A DNA stretch of 64,000 nucleotides, from the NCBI RefSeq assembly GCF_003019035.1, contig NZ_CP027447.1; one strand, 5' to 3'. This stretch comes from Escherichia coli (GTDB lineage: Bacteria; Pseudomonadota; Gammaproteobacteria; Enterobacterales; Enterobacteriaceae). The notes under the pieces are model-generated. The model saw nothing but the letters and a program-made list of their open reading frames with translations. It did no database searches and was not told where the DNA came from. This document shows positions 18,239 through 28,469 of the stretch, one piece after another (the stretch's first letter is position 1; each line of letters opens with the position of its first letter). The translations under genes and the position numbers were made by a program.

Positions 18239-19459
18239 TTAGAAGAGAGTGTCTAATTCTGCCAGTACGTTGTAGTCGTCATCAGTCAATAACAACGTTT
18301 TCCATTTGTCGAAGGTCAGGCACGGATGCGATGTGCCAAACACCAGAATATCCCCCACTTGCACGTCGCTATTAGCTGACAGTTGCAACATGCAGTGCTG
18401 ATCCATAATACCTGTACTGCGAATCGCCTGTGGATCAAATGCCAGTGATTTGCCGTTGCGGTAGTGGGCGACTGGTTGCGGCAGTCCGGCGTCGAAGGCG
18501 CAATCACGCTTACCAAAATTTACCACCGCACGATCAGCTTCCGGCACCGATTGCACCATGGCGACCAGTTCCAGCGCAGATGTGAGATCGCCTGCCAGAT
18601 CGCAGGCCACAGGATCACGGGCAAGCAACTGTTGTTGTGCCGCGTCGTAGATCCCGGTGTCGTGAGTGATGTAGCAGCCAGGGCGAATAACAATGCGGCA
18701 GTTATCAGGCTTTTCTGCCGCCAGCCAGATATTGCACACCACGTCATACCAGACCGTGCCTGCTCCGGTGAGAATAAACTCGCCATCAACCAGACTTGCT
18801 ATATCACAGGCCAGTTGTGCGGCATCCCGCAGCAGAGCTTCTACCTGCGGTTGTGGATCGTCACCGTGTAAAACGCCTTCATATAACTCAAGCCCCCGCA
18901 GGCGTAACCCCGGTAATTGGGCTGCCTGTTTAGCCAGTGTCAGTGCGGCATCCCTTGAGCGGCAACCACAGCGCCCGCCGGGGACACCCAACTCAATCAT
19001 CACGTTCAGTGTCTGTTGCTGACTGGCAAAAAAGGCAGACAAAGCGCGGGCGTTCTCAATGCTGTCGATACAGCAGATAAAATCGACCGTCGGGTAATGT
19101 CGTTGCAACTGGGCAATCAACTGCATATTCGCCTTGCCGACCAGCTGGTTAACCATCAGCACTCGCTGAATACCGCTCGCCATTGCCGCACCAGCCTGCC
19201 ATGCGCTACCGACACCTATTGCCCAGGCACCAGCCGCCTGCTGCGCCTGAAAAATCCACGGCGTCATGGTGGTTTTACCGTGCGGTGCCAGTGAAACGCC
19301 GCGCGCGTCAGCGTAGCGTTGCATCCACGTAATGTTGTTCTCCAGGGCCTGCTTTTTAATGATCGCGGCAGGTAAACAGACATCTTCGGCAAGGAGATTT
19401 GCGGGCATTTGCATCAGGGCAGATTTATGGGGAACCAGAGGTTCTGAGTGGTATTTCAT
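18239..19459 (-). CDS. PLP-dependent alanine-racemase-fold enzyme, DSD1 family (D-serine/D-threonine dehydratase or aldolase-like)
   Basis: 406 aa; N-terminal TIM-barrel with PLP-lysine context LAPHGKTT; ATG at 19459. Confidence 0.7.
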   Translation of the reverse strand: MKYHSEPLVPHKSALMQMPANLLAEDVCLPAAIIKKQALENNITWMQRYADARGVSLAPHGKTTMTPWIFQAQQAAGAWAIGVGSAWQAGAAMASGIQRVLMVNQLVGKANMQLIAQLQRHYPTVDFICCIDSIENARALSAFFASQQQTLNVMIELGVPGGRCGCRSRDAALTLAKQAAQLPGLRLRGLELYEGVLHGDDPQPQVEALLRDAAQLACDIASLVDGEFILTGAGTVWYDVVCNIWLAAEKPDNCRIVIRPGCYITHDTGIYDAAQQQLLARDPVACDLAGDLTSALELVAMVQSVPEADRAVVNFGKRDCAFDAGLPQPVAHYRNGKSLAFDPQAIRSTGIMDQHCMLQLSANSDVQVGDILVFGTSHPCLTFDKWKTLLLTDDDYNVLAELDTLF

Positions 19460-19659
19460 AACATTTACCTTTTAAGTTTTTCACCGTATCGGATGTGAGT
19501 ATCATTTGTAACTAAATGAAATATAAATATTTAGTTTATTTATCTTATTATTTATGAATAAAAGTATCATAAAATCATCTGGGTTTTGCGTAGTTTTCCA
19601 CTGTTTTTCGTCCTTGTAAATGGTTAACTTGTCACCATTGCAGAAATGGAGTGACGAAC

Positions 19660-21102
19660 ATGCAGGTTGACTGGTTAATCAAAAATGTGACCGTTATCGA
19701 CGGTAGCGGCGGCCCTGAATTTCGCGGTGACGTGGCAATAACAGGTGATCGGATTGTCGATATTGCCCCTGCGCTTAACGTTACGGCGCAGCAGGTCATT
19801 GACGGGGAAGGGCGGGTGCTGGCACCAGGGTTTATCGACGTTCATACCCATGACGATATCAACGTTATTCGCATCCCGGAATATCTGCCAAAGATCAGCC
19901 AGGGGATCACTACGGTGATTGTCGGTAACTGCGGGATTAGTGCGGCGTCGGCGAAAATGAAAGGTGAAGTTCCTGACCCGATGAATCTGTTGGGGGAAGC
20001 AGAGCACTTTATTTATCCTACCGTTGAAAGCTATGCCCAGGCAGTGGAAGCAGCCAGGCCGTCACTGAACGTTGGCACGCTGATTGGTCATACGGCGCTG
20101 CGTAATAACCATATGGACGACCTGTTTCGCCCGGCGACGGTGGATGAAATTGCCGCTATGCGTGCCGACTTACGTCTGGCGTTGAGTCAGGGGGCGCTGG
20201 GGTTAAGTTCCGGGCTGGCCTATGCAACGGCATTTCAGGCGACTACCGAAGAAGTCATGGCGCTGGCGGAAGAATTAGCCGGTGAGAAGGGCGTTTATAC
20301 CACCCATCTGCGTTCTGAATTTGAACCGATTCTCGATGCCCTGGATGAGGCGTTTCGTATTGGGCGTCATGGCAAAGTGCCTGTCGTGGTTTCCCACCAT
20401 AAATGCGCCGGGGCGAAAAACTGGGGGCGGACAAAAGAAACGTTGGCCTTTTTTGACCAAATGCGTCAACACCAGGAAATTGGCTGCGATGTCTACCCTT
20501 ACTCGGCCAGTTCTTCAACGCTGGATCTCAAACAAGTCACCGACGAATTCGATATTGTGATCACCTGGTCACAAACACATCCGCAGCAGGCCGGGAAAAC
20601 ACTGGCACAAATCGCCATCGACTGGCAGATGAGTATGCTGGAGGCCGCGAAGTTGCTGATGCCTGCCGGGGCTATCTATTACAACATGGACGAGCGCGAC
20701 GTCCGCAGAGTGTTGAGTTATCCGGTCAGTATGATTGGCTCTGACGGACTGCCCAATGATCCCATGCCGCATCCGCGTTTATGGGGCGCTTTCCCTCGCG
20801 TGCTGGGTCACTATTGCCGTGATGAAGGCTTATTCCCACTGACCACGGCTATCCACAAAATGACCGGGCTTTCTGCCAGCCGTTTTCGTCTGCCTCAGCG
20901 TGGGCTGGTGAAAGTCGGCTATTTTGCGGACCTGGTGTTGTTCGATCCACAAACCATTCGTGATGTTGCCAGCTTTTCTGATCCCAAACGCCCGGCAGAT
21001 GGCATTGAGGCGGTGATGGTGAACGGCGTTATGAGCTATGGTCGCGATAAACACATTACAGGCCGTGCGGGACGCTTCCTGCGCCGCCAGACCTCACATT
21101 AA
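19660..21102 (+). CDS. D-aminoacylase (N-acyl-D-amino-acid deacylase), amidohydrolase superfamily
   Basis: 480 aa from ATG at 19660 (GGAG SD); MQVDWLIKNVTVIDGSGG..., metal-binding FIDVHTHDD. Confidence 0.8.
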   Translation: MQVDWLIKNVTVIDGSGGPEFRGDVAITGDRIVDIAPALNVTAQQVIDGEGRVLAPGFIDVHTHDDINVIRIPEYLPKISQGITTVIVGNCGISAASAKMKGEVPDPMNLLGEAEHFIYPTVESYAQAVEAARPSLNVGTLIGHTALRNNHMDDLFRPATVDEIAAMRADLRLALSQGALGLSSGLAYATAFQATTEEVMALAEELAGEKGVYTTHLRSEFEPILDALDEAFRIGRHGKVPVVVSHHKCAGAKNWGRTKETLAFFDQMRQHQEIGCDVYPYSASSSTLDLKQVTDEFDIVITWSQTHPQQAGKTLAQIAIDWQMSMLEAAKLLMPAGAIYYNMDERDVRRVLSYPVSMIGSDGLPNDPMPHPRLWGAFPRVLGHYCRDEGLFPLTTAIHKMTGLSASRFRLPQRGLVKVGYFADLVLFDPQTIRDVASFSDPKRPADGIEAVMVNGVMSYGRDKHITGRAGRFLRRQTSH

Positions 21103-21111
21103 GGAGTGAAT

Positions 21112-21501
21112 ATGAGTATTAAACGTTACGGTACGGAAGGTGGAACAGGCACTGGCGGGCAGCATTTGCCGTTTGCCAGGGCGGTTGAGGCGGGCGGCTG
21201 GCTGTACGTCTCCGGGCAAACCCCCATGAAAAACGGTGAAGTGGTAGAAGGCGGTATCGTTGAACAGTCACGACTGGCGATCCAAAACTGTGTCGACATC
21301 ATGACTGAAGCCGGTTATAGCCTGGCGGATGTGGTTCACGTGAAAGTGATCCTGACCGACGCCCGCTATTTCCAGTCATTTAATAAAGTATTCAGAGAAT
21401 TTTTTGGCGAGAATCCGCCTGCACGTATTTGTTGTGTAGCTGATCTGGTTGTCGATTGTAAAGTTGAAGTCGATGTGACCTGTTATAACGCGACCCGCTA
21501 A
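21112..21501 (+). CDS. RidA/YjgF-family enamine/imine deaminase
   Basis: 129 aa from ATG at 21112 with AAGGAG SD; starts 10 nt after the D-aminoacylase stop (operon). Confidence 0.8.
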   Translation: MSIKRYGTEGGTGTGGQHLPFARAVEAGGWLYVSGQTPMKNGEVVEGGIVEQSRLAIQNCVDIMTEAGYSLADVVHVKVILTDARYFQSFNKVFREFFGENPPARICCVADLVVDCKVEVDVTCYNATR

Positions 21502-21603
21502 TAAATTTAAGAATTAAAAAAATAGACCGCAATTGAGTGCTGAATACATTCAGCACTCCGGGAACTCTTACTTTATTCTCTCTCTACTGGCAGGATGTGA
21601 ATT

Positions 21604-23073
21604 ATGAACAGTCATATCTTTTTAGTCGGCTTTATTATTTATGCCATCGCCATGATTTGGCTTGGTTGGTTTGTGTCTCGTAATCAGAAAAGCGGAGAAG
21701 ATTTTCTGCTGGGCGGGCGTTCGTTGCCGCTGTTTCTGACGCTGGGCTCAACCGTTGCCACGATGGTTGGCACGGGTTCCAGTATGGGCGCCGTGGGCTT
21801 TGGCTACAGCAATGGCTGGGCCGGAATGCTTTATGGCGTCGGTGGGGCCGTAGGTATATTACTGGTGGCGTGGCTGTTTGCACCGGTACGTAAATTACGT
21901 TTTATGACCATGAGTGAAGAAATATCTTATTATACTGGCGGGAGTCATTTAATTAAAAATATTGTCGGCCTGATGATATTTATTGCCTCTATTGGCTGGC
22001 TGGGGGCGCATATATTAGGTGGCAGTATGTATCTTGCCTGGGCAACAGGTATTGATCTTACTGTAGCAAAATTAATTATCGCCTTAGCTTTTGCGATTTA
22101 CGTTATTATCGGCGGTTATTCGGCGGTAGTGTGGACAGACACCATTCAGGCCTTAATTCTGTTCTTTGGCTTTATATTGATGGCTATTCTCGCCGTTGTT
22201 CACGTTGGCGGCTGGAGTGCGATTGAACAGGCGATGGACCCAAAAGCGATGAGCCTGTTTGCGATTGATAAAATGGGCGTTCTACCTGCGCTTTCGCTGG
22301 CGCTGGTTATTGGTGTCGGCGTACTGGCCACACCGTCTTATCGCCAGCGTATTTACTCGGGTAAAGATGTTCCCTCTGTACGCCGTTCGTTTGTTATTAC
22401 TGGGGTGTTATATCTGTTCTTCTCGATTTTGCCTGCCATTATCGGCATGGCGGCGTTCACCATGAACCCAAATCTGGAAAACAGCAACTACGCCTTCTTG
22501 TTCGCGACCAGTTTCTTACCTGCCATTCTTGGGCTGGTGGTGCTGATTGCCGGGCTTTCAGCCACCATGTCTTCTGCCAGCTCCGATGCCATCGCGGCGG
22601 TGGCGATTATGATGCGCGACGTCTACACCATGATTACCGGCAGAATGCCGCCGGAGGACAAGGCCATTACTTACTCACGCTGGATGTTGACCTTTGTTAT
22701 TGGCCTGGCGCTGGTCTTTGCTCTGACCTCTAATGACATCATCAGCTACATTACCAAAATGATTTCGATGCTGATGTCCGGGCTGTTTATCTGCTCGATT
22801 CTCGGTCGCTTCTGGCTACGCTTTAACTGGCAGGGCGCGCTGGCGGCGTTAGTGAGCGGTATGGTGATGTCAATTGTGGTGCTGATGAATGCCGACTGGC
22901 TGGCTTACTGGGGTAACCCGTGTATTCCGTCAGTGCTGGGCAGCCTGGTCGCTGGCGTACTGGTGACGTTGGTAACGCCAGCAAGTCAGGTCAGCCGGGA
23001 AGAAGCTTTGGCTATTATCACCAATGAGCGTGAAAACCAGAGTGTCGTGATCACCAAACCTGAAGAAGCATAA
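21604..23073 (+). CDS. Sodium:solute symporter family (SSF) transporter
   Basis: 489 aa polytopic membrane protein; GGRSLP and SSF-like N-terminal helices. Confidence 0.8.
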   Translation: MNSHIFLVGFIIYAIAMIWLGWFVSRNQKSGEDFLLGGRSLPLFLTLGSTVATMVGTGSSMGAVGFGYSNGWAGMLYGVGGAVGILLVAWLFAPVRKLRFMTMSEEISYYTGGSHLIKNIVGLMIFIASIGWLGAHILGGSMYLAWATGIDLTVAKLIIALAFAIYVIIGGYSAVVWTDTIQALILFFGFILMAILAVVHVGGWSAIEQAMDPKAMSLFAIDKMGVLPALSLALVIGVGVLATPSYRQRIYSGKDVPSVRRSFVITGVLYLFFSILPAIIGMAAFTMNPNLENSNYAFLFATSFLPAILGLVVLIAGLSATMSSASSDAIAAVAIMMRDVYTMITGRMPPEDKAITYSRWMLTFVIGLALVFALTSNDIISYITKMISMLMSGLFICSILGRFWLRFNWQGALAALVSGMVMSIVVLMNADWLAYWGNPCIPSVLGSLVAGVLVTLVTPASQVSREEALAIITNERENQSVVITKPEEA

Positions 23074-23082
23074 CCGACAATG

Positions 23083-23988
23083 CTAATCGCCAAGTGGCTG
23101 GCGGTTAGCGCCCCCACGGTGGCTGTCTAACACGAGTTTTATCCGCCGCAGGCGATCTTTCGCCTGCGCTTTATTTGCCATTGCCAGTTCTGTTGCCAGT
23201 ACATCGACCATGGCTAACATCGCGTAGCGGGAAGGGGTGGGCTTAAAGATGTAATCACTTTCCTGAACCAGTAACGGCAATACCAGATCCACCTGTTCCG
23301 CCAGCGGTGTTTGTGCTGGCGTAATGGCAATAACACGCGCGCCATACTGACGGGCGATTGCCGCACTTTCGATGATTTCCGGTGTATAACCGCCCAGCGA
23401 AAGCACAATCACCACATCCTGCGGCATGACTGCCGAGCACATCATTCTCATCATCAGGGCATCATTCTGACTGACCACCGGTAGCCCCAGACGGAATAAA
23501 CGGTACTGAATCTCCTGTGAACAGATAGTGGAACCGCCGCCAGTTCCTAACGCAAGAATTTGCCGCGCCTGACTTAACCAGCTTACAGCCTGGCTGATGG
23601 CATTCATATCCAGCGAACGACGATGCGTCTCCAGCACGCTAATAATCGCTTCGTAGATCCCCTGAACACCGTCAAGATCCGGTACATCGAGAATAAACCG
23701 CTGCCCGACAGCCAGTGACTGCGCCAGTTTGACTTTCAACTCGCGGACATCTTTGCACCCCAGTGCACGGGCAAAACGCGTCACCGACGCCTGACTGGTT
23801 TGCGTTAACCGTGCCAGCTCAGCAATTGGCAACTCTACTGCGGCAGAGACGTCATCAAGAATAAATTGTGCGATACGCTTTTCAGTGGCTGTTAACGCCA
23901 TAAACCGTTCGGTAATGCAGGAGATGATATCGATGCTATAAGCCATAGGAGTATCACTGGTTCGAAGAAGATTGATACTTTGTACCAT
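23083..23988 (-). CDS. RpiR/MurR-family transcriptional regulator (HTH_6 + SIS domain)
   Basis: 301 aa; N-terminal HTH (LTATEKRIAQFILDD...IAELARLTQTSQASVTRFARALG) and SIS sugar-phosphate-binding domain; true start may be 23946 or 23901. Confidence 0.8.
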   Translation of the reverse strand: MVQSINLLRTSDTPMAYSIDIISCITERFMALTATEKRIAQFILDDVSAAVELPIAELARLTQTSQASVTRFARALGCKDVRELKVKLAQSLAVGQRFILDVPDLDGVQGIYEAIISVLETHRRSLDMNAISQAVSWLSQARQILALGTGGGSTICSQEIQYRLFRLGLPVVSQNDALMMRMMCSAVMPQDVVIVLSLGGYTPEIIESAAIARQYGARVIAITPAQTPLAEQVDLVLPLLVQESDYIFKPTPSRYAMLAMVDVLATELAMANKAQAKDRLRRIKLVLDSHRGGANRQPLGD

Positions 23989-24069
23989 AAACTGCCGCTA
24001 TAGAGTGTGACCCTCACAAAAAACGCAAGTTTGCTGCAACAAAAGCAGTGCCGACGCTTTTCCACAGCA

Positions 24070-24096
24070 TAAAGTTTTCCACCACCAGGCCGACAA
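24070..24096 (+). promoter_or_regulatory. Sigma-28 (FliA) class III flagellar/chemotaxis promoter for tsr
   Basis: TAAAGTTT-N11-GCCGACAA matches the sigma-28 consensus TAAAGTTT-N11-GCCGATAA, about 30 nt upstream of the tsr ATG. Confidence 0.6.
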
Positions 24097-24127
24097 CCAG
24101 TGTATCTGTCTAGTGGAAAGAGAAACC

Positions 24128-25792
24128 ATGTTAAAACGTATCAAGATCGTGACCAGCTTACTGCTGGTTTTGGCCGTTTTTGGCCTTTTACAACTGACAT
24201 CAGGCGGTCTGTTCTTTAATGCCTTAAAGAATGACAAAGAAAATTTCACTGTTTTACAAACCATTCGCCAGCAGCAATCCACGCTGAATGGCAGCTGGGT
24301 CGCGTTGTTGCAGACGCGTAACACCCTCAACCGCGCGGGTATCCGCTACATGATGGATCAGAATAATATTGGTAGCGGTTCAACCGTTGCTGAGCTGATG
24401 CAGAGTGCCAGTATTTCGCTGAAACAGGCGGAAAAAAACTGGGCGGATTACGAAGTGTTGCCGCGTGACCCGCGTCAGAGCACCGCCGCAGCGGCAGAGA
24501 TCAAACGTAATTACGATATTTATCACAATGCGCTGGCGGAGCTGATCCAACTGTTAGGTGCAGGCAAAATCAACGAGTTCTTTGATCAGCCGACCCAGGG
24601 ATATCAGGACGGTTTCGAGAAGCAGTATGTGGCTTACATGGAGCAAAACGATCGGCTCTATGATATCGCCGTCAGCGATAATAATGCCTCCTACAGCCAG
24701 GCGATGTGGATTCTGGTGGGCGTGATGATCGTCGTACTGGCGGTCATCTTCGCCGTCTGGTTCGGTATTAAAGCCTCGTTGGTAGCGCCAATGAATCGCC
24801 TGATTGACAGCATTCGTCATATTGCAGGCGGCGATCTGGTGAAACCGATTGAGGTGGATGGCTCTAATGAGATGGGGCAACTGGCTGAGAGTTTGCGCCA
24901 TATGCAGGGAGAGCTGATGCGTACCGTCGGTGATGTGCGCAACGGGGCCAATGCCATCTATAGCGGTGCCAGCGAAATCGCTACCGGCAATAACGATCTC
25001 TCTTCGCGCACCGAGCAACAGGCCGCTTCGCTGGAAGAGACGGCAGCCAGCATGGAGCAACTGACCGCAACGGTGAAGCAGAACGCCGAAAATGCGCGCC
25101 AGGCCAGCCACCTGGCGTTAAGTGCTTCTGAAACGGCGCAACGCGGCGGCAAAGTGGTAGATAACGTGGTGCAGACTATGCGCGATATCTCCACCAGTTC
25201 GCAGAAAATCGCCGATATTATCAGCGTAATTGACGGCATTGCCTTCCAGACCAATATTCTCGCTTTGAACGCGGCGGTTGAAGCAGCGCGCGCGGGTGAG
25301 CAAGGGCGCGGTTTTGCGGTGGTCGCGGGTGAAGTGCGTAATCTGGCCCAGCGCAGCGCTCAGGCGGCTCGTGAAATTAAAAGCCTGATTGAAGACTCGG
25401 TGGGCAAAGTGGATGTTGGCTCTACGCTGGTCGAAAGCGCCGGGGAAACCATGGCAGAGATTGTCAGCGCTGTGACCCGCGTGACGGACATTATGGGCGA
25501 AATTGCTTCGGCTTCTGATGAGCAGAGCCGTGGTATCGATCAGGTTGGCTTAGCAGTAGCTGAGATGGACAGAGTAACCCAACAGAACGCTGCGCTGGTG
25601 GAAGAATCTGCCGCCGCTGCCGCCGCGCTGGAAGAGCAGGCCAGTCGCCTGACCGAAGCTGTGGCAGTGTTCCGGATTCAGCAACAGCAGCAACATCAGC
25701 GTGAAACATCGGCTGTGGTAAAAACCGTGACGCCAGCTGCGCCGCGTAAAATGGCCGTGGCAGATAGCGGGGAGAACTGGGAAACGTTTTAA
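24128..25792 (+). CDS. tsr: Methyl-accepting chemotaxis protein I (serine chemoreceptor)
   Basis: 554 aa from ATG at 24128 ([19 protein letters not shown]...); HAMP and conserved MCP signalling domain. Confidence 0.9.
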   Translation: MLKRIKIVTSLLLVLAVFGLLQLTSGGLFFNALKNDKENFTVLQTIRQQQSTLNGSWVALLQTRNTLNRAGIRYMMDQNNIGSGSTVAELMQSASISLKQAEKNWADYEVLPRDPRQSTAAAAEIKRNYDIYHNALAELIQLLGAGKINEFFDQPTQGYQDGFEKQYVAYMEQNDRLYDIAVSDNNASYSQAMWILVGVMIVVLAVIFAVWFGIKASLVAPMNRLIDSIRHIAGGDLVKPIEVDGSNEMGQLAESLRHMQGELMRTVGDVRNGANAIYSGASEIATGNNDLSSRTEQQAASLEETAASMEQLTATVKQNAENARQASHLALSASETAQRGGKVVDNVVQTMRDISTSSQKIADIISVIDGIAFQTNILALNAAVEAARAGEQGRGFAVVAGEVRNLAQRSAQAAREIKSLIEDSVGKVDVGSTLVESAGETMAEIVSAVTRVTDIMGEIASASDEQSRGIDQVGLAVAEMDRVTQQNAALVEESAAAAAALEEQASRLTEAVAVFRIQQQQQHQRETSAVVKTVTPAAPRKMAVADSGENWETF

Positions 25793-25805
25793 TCGCCATA
25801 AAAAT

Positions 25806-25831
25806 GCCCGATAAGCAAAATGTTATCGGGC
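25806..25831. terminator. Hairpin between convergent tsr and lgoT
   Basis: gcccgataa-gcaaaatg-ttatcgggc inverted repeat. Confidence 0.5.
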
Positions 25832-25840
25832 ATAGGGAGA

Positions 25841-27202
25841 TTAATCTTTCCGTGGGTCGTTGATCGGCTGACGAACCAGGAAGATGTACGCCAGTGCACC
25901 CGCCGCAGTGACGCAACCGCAGATGATTAGTGCCAGACGGAATGAATGGGTGGTATCAACAATAAAACCAGTAATGATCGGCGCGAAAGAGGCGCAGATG
26001 AAGCTGGCAAAGTTCTGGATACTGCCCACCGACGCCGTCATGCGAGAAGCAACTGCGACGTGGATCAAGCCCCAGCAGGAAGTTCCGGCAAAGTGAATAC
26101 AAAACAGTGCCATGCCAATCAGCAGAACCGCTGTCATGGATGTTGTCGCTTGCGGTACGACCAGCGTAAAGGCGGCAGAACAGAACATCCCGGCAATAAT
26201 GCAGATCTTACGGCTTTTAATCGGAGCCATTCCCCCTTTGACCAGCCAGTCAGTAACGTAACCGTTGACCAGCATCCCGGCAGCCCCAAACAGGAAAGGG
26301 ATAGCCGCCATCAACCCTGTGCTTTTTAAATCCAGGTTATAGGCTGTTTGCAGGTAACCAGGAAGCCAGGCCAGATACAGCCACGCAGTGTAGTTGATGC
26401 CACTGAATCCGATCATCATTCCCCACATTGTGCGGTTACGGAACAGGCTGCGCCATTCGGCAAAACTGAGCGGATCTCGGCGGGCATTGACGCTACCAGC
26501 ATTGAGGTAAGCTTGTTCAACGGCAGTCAGTTCTACGTGCTCGCGGTTGCGATAGAGCATATACCAGCCAATGGCGAGAAAAATCCCCAGCACACCAATG
26601 GTAATAAACATCCCACGCCAGCCCATCACCAGCATCATCGCCGCCAGAATCGGTGGGCTTACGGCAACGCCAATGGTAGAAGCTGCGTTGAAGAAGCCCA
26701 TCGGGCGTCCGCGCTCTTTGATGTTGAACCAGTCGTTAATGACTTTTACACCGCATGGGTTCATCGGCGCTTCACCAATCCCCATACCGATACGCACCAA
26801 CACGAACTGCGTAAAGCTGTGCACCATGCCAGACATGGCCTGGAACAGTGACCAGAAGAACATCCCCAGTCCCAGCATCAGGCGCGGGCCTTTACGATCC
26901 AATAGTGGGCCGCAAGGAAGTTGCGCAATCCCGTAAGCGAGTGAAAACACGGAGAGCAAAGCGCCAATTTCGGTGGCACTTAATCCCAATTCTTCACGAA
27001 TCGTTAAATTTGCTACCGACAGCGAACTGCGGTCGAGATAATTGATTACCGCCGCAAAAAATAATAACAACATGGCGGTGGTTTGAATGCGTTTAATTCG
27101 GGTACTGCGTTGAACTAATCCATCTGGTGGCACGGGGATATCTGCCGACGAAGATGGAGTAAATGAAGAACGCGGATCGAGGGTGATATTTTCTTTTTCC
27201 AC
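25841..27202 (-). CDS. lgoT: MFS transporter, L-galactonate:H+ symporter (YjjL)
   Basis: 453 aa, GTG start at 27202 with AGGAG SD; MFS motifs. Confidence 0.85.
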   Translation of the reverse strand: MEKENITLDPRSSFTPSSSADIPVPPDGLVQRSTRIKRIQTTAMLLLFFAAVINYLDRSSLSVANLTIREELGLSATEIGALLSVFSLAYGIAQLPCGPLLDRKGPRLMLGLGMFFWSLFQAMSGMVHSFTQFVLVRIGMGIGEAPMNPCGVKVINDWFNIKERGRPMGFFNAASTIGVAVSPPILAAMMLVMGWRGMFITIGVLGIFLAIGWYMLYRNREHVELTAVEQAYLNAGSVNARRDPLSFAEWRSLFRNRTMWGMMIGFSGINYTAWLYLAWLPGYLQTAYNLDLKSTGLMAAIPFLFGAAGMLVNGYVTDWLVKGGMAPIKSRKICIIAGMFCSAAFTLVVPQATTSMTAVLLIGMALFCIHFAGTSCWGLIHVAVASRMTASVGSIQNFASFICASFAPIITGFIVDTTHSFRLALIICGCVTAAGALAYIFLVRQPINDPRKD

Positions 27203-27416
27203 GCCGGACTCCTGTATTTATAATTTTAATTGTTTACGTAATTGTGCATTACGCAAGGTTGACATTAACGGCAGGTTAAAGTTTTAGGACTTTACTACCG
27301 CTCACAAAAACATTTTTAGTCGACTGATTGTGAGCATAGGTAAGCGGGAATTTCCCGGTATTTATCTTTTGATAAAACCGTGCACCCGCTAATAGTTTGC
27401 TGTTTTTAATCCGTAC

Positions 27417-28331
27417 TTAATGAGCATAACGCGTGTTCTCATTAATGGATCGAATCATTGATTGTTTAGCTGAATTCAAATGGTTACGGAGCGCAAGGGT
27501 GGCATCCAGGTCACTGCGGCAAATCAGAGCGCTGAGAATGGTCATATGCTCATCGACGGCAATGATATTGCGCTGTTTAAGATCGCTTTCGTCCCATTGA
27601 TAGTGAAAATGAAAAATGACTGAGATGATCTCAAGCGATTGATCAAAAAAGATATTGTCGGCAGCTGAAAGCAGTAAGGAGTGAAAATCTCTGTCAAGTT
27701 GCGAGAACATGCGAAAGCTATTGCCGATGTTGTCACGCAGTAGCCGATGACGTTCGAGCATGGTTTTCGCCTGCAGCCAGCGGGGATCATGATCAGGCAG
27801 GTTGAGAAAGTGCTGAAGTGAATGTGTTTCGAGCATTTCGCGTAGCTCAAACAGCTGCTCAGCGTAGGATTGATCGAATTGCTTCATGCTCCACTGGCCG
27901 CGCTTTTCGCTTTGAATAAGATTATAACGGCCGAATTTTAAAAGATATTCTCTTACTACAACCGGGCTGACACCCGCGGCCCGAGCCAGTTGCAGTTCAG
28001 AAAAAGTTTCCCCAGGGCGTAACTGGCGCTGGTTTATCATCGTGAAAAAAGCCTGCTCAAACACTTTGTTTTGTTCACTCATTGAAGCGGTAGTACAGGC
28101 GAAACCGTCATCATGGTCAGGTTTACGCGCAATAACATAGTCGTTTCCAACCTGCGTTAAGACGCCGCATTCGCGTAAGTGGCTGAGAATATGACGCACT
28201 GTAGTGCGGCTGATGTTGTACATTTCCGCCAGCGCACTTTGCGATGGAAGTGGGGAAGGGATATGACCCCGCGCCATATCATCAATGACCTGGTTAATCA
28301 CATTGTGGCGTAAATTTTGTGAACGACTCAT
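27417..28331 (-). CDS. lgoR: GntR-family regulator of L-galactonate utilisation (YjjM)
   Basis: 304 aa; ATG with AAGGAGGA SD; HTH (LAEMYNISRTTVRHIL). Confidence 0.85.
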   Translation of the reverse strand: MSRSQNLRHNVINQVIDDMARGHIPSPLPSQSALAEMYNISRTTVRHILSHLRECGVLTQVGNDYVIARKPDHDDGFACTTASMSEQNKVFEQAFFTMINQRQLRPGETFSELQLARAAGVSPVVVREYLLKFGRYNLIQSEKRGQWSMKQFDQSYAEQLFELREMLETHSLQHFLNLPDHDPRWLQAKTMLERHRLLRDNIGNSFRMFSQLDRDFHSLLLSAADNIFFDQSLEIISVIFHFHYQWDESDLKQRNIIAVDEHMTILSALICRSDLDATLALRNHLNSAKQSMIRSINENTRYAH

Positions 28332-28469
28332 ATTTTCCTCCTTGTGAGTCCATTAAAACCCGATTTAAAACATTTTTATGCGTGTGTTTTCACAAAACAG
28401 ATTTTCCGTTCCGCTGCCATTTTTCATTTTCATTGATATCTAAGGCAACAAAAAATGGAGAGCCGAATC

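Noticed and set aside
17987-24127. Possible mobile element or prophage explaining the btsT-tsr insertion
   Set aside because: No integrase, transposase, phage structural genes or obvious terminal inverted repeats seen; annotated as a metabolic island rather than a mobile element
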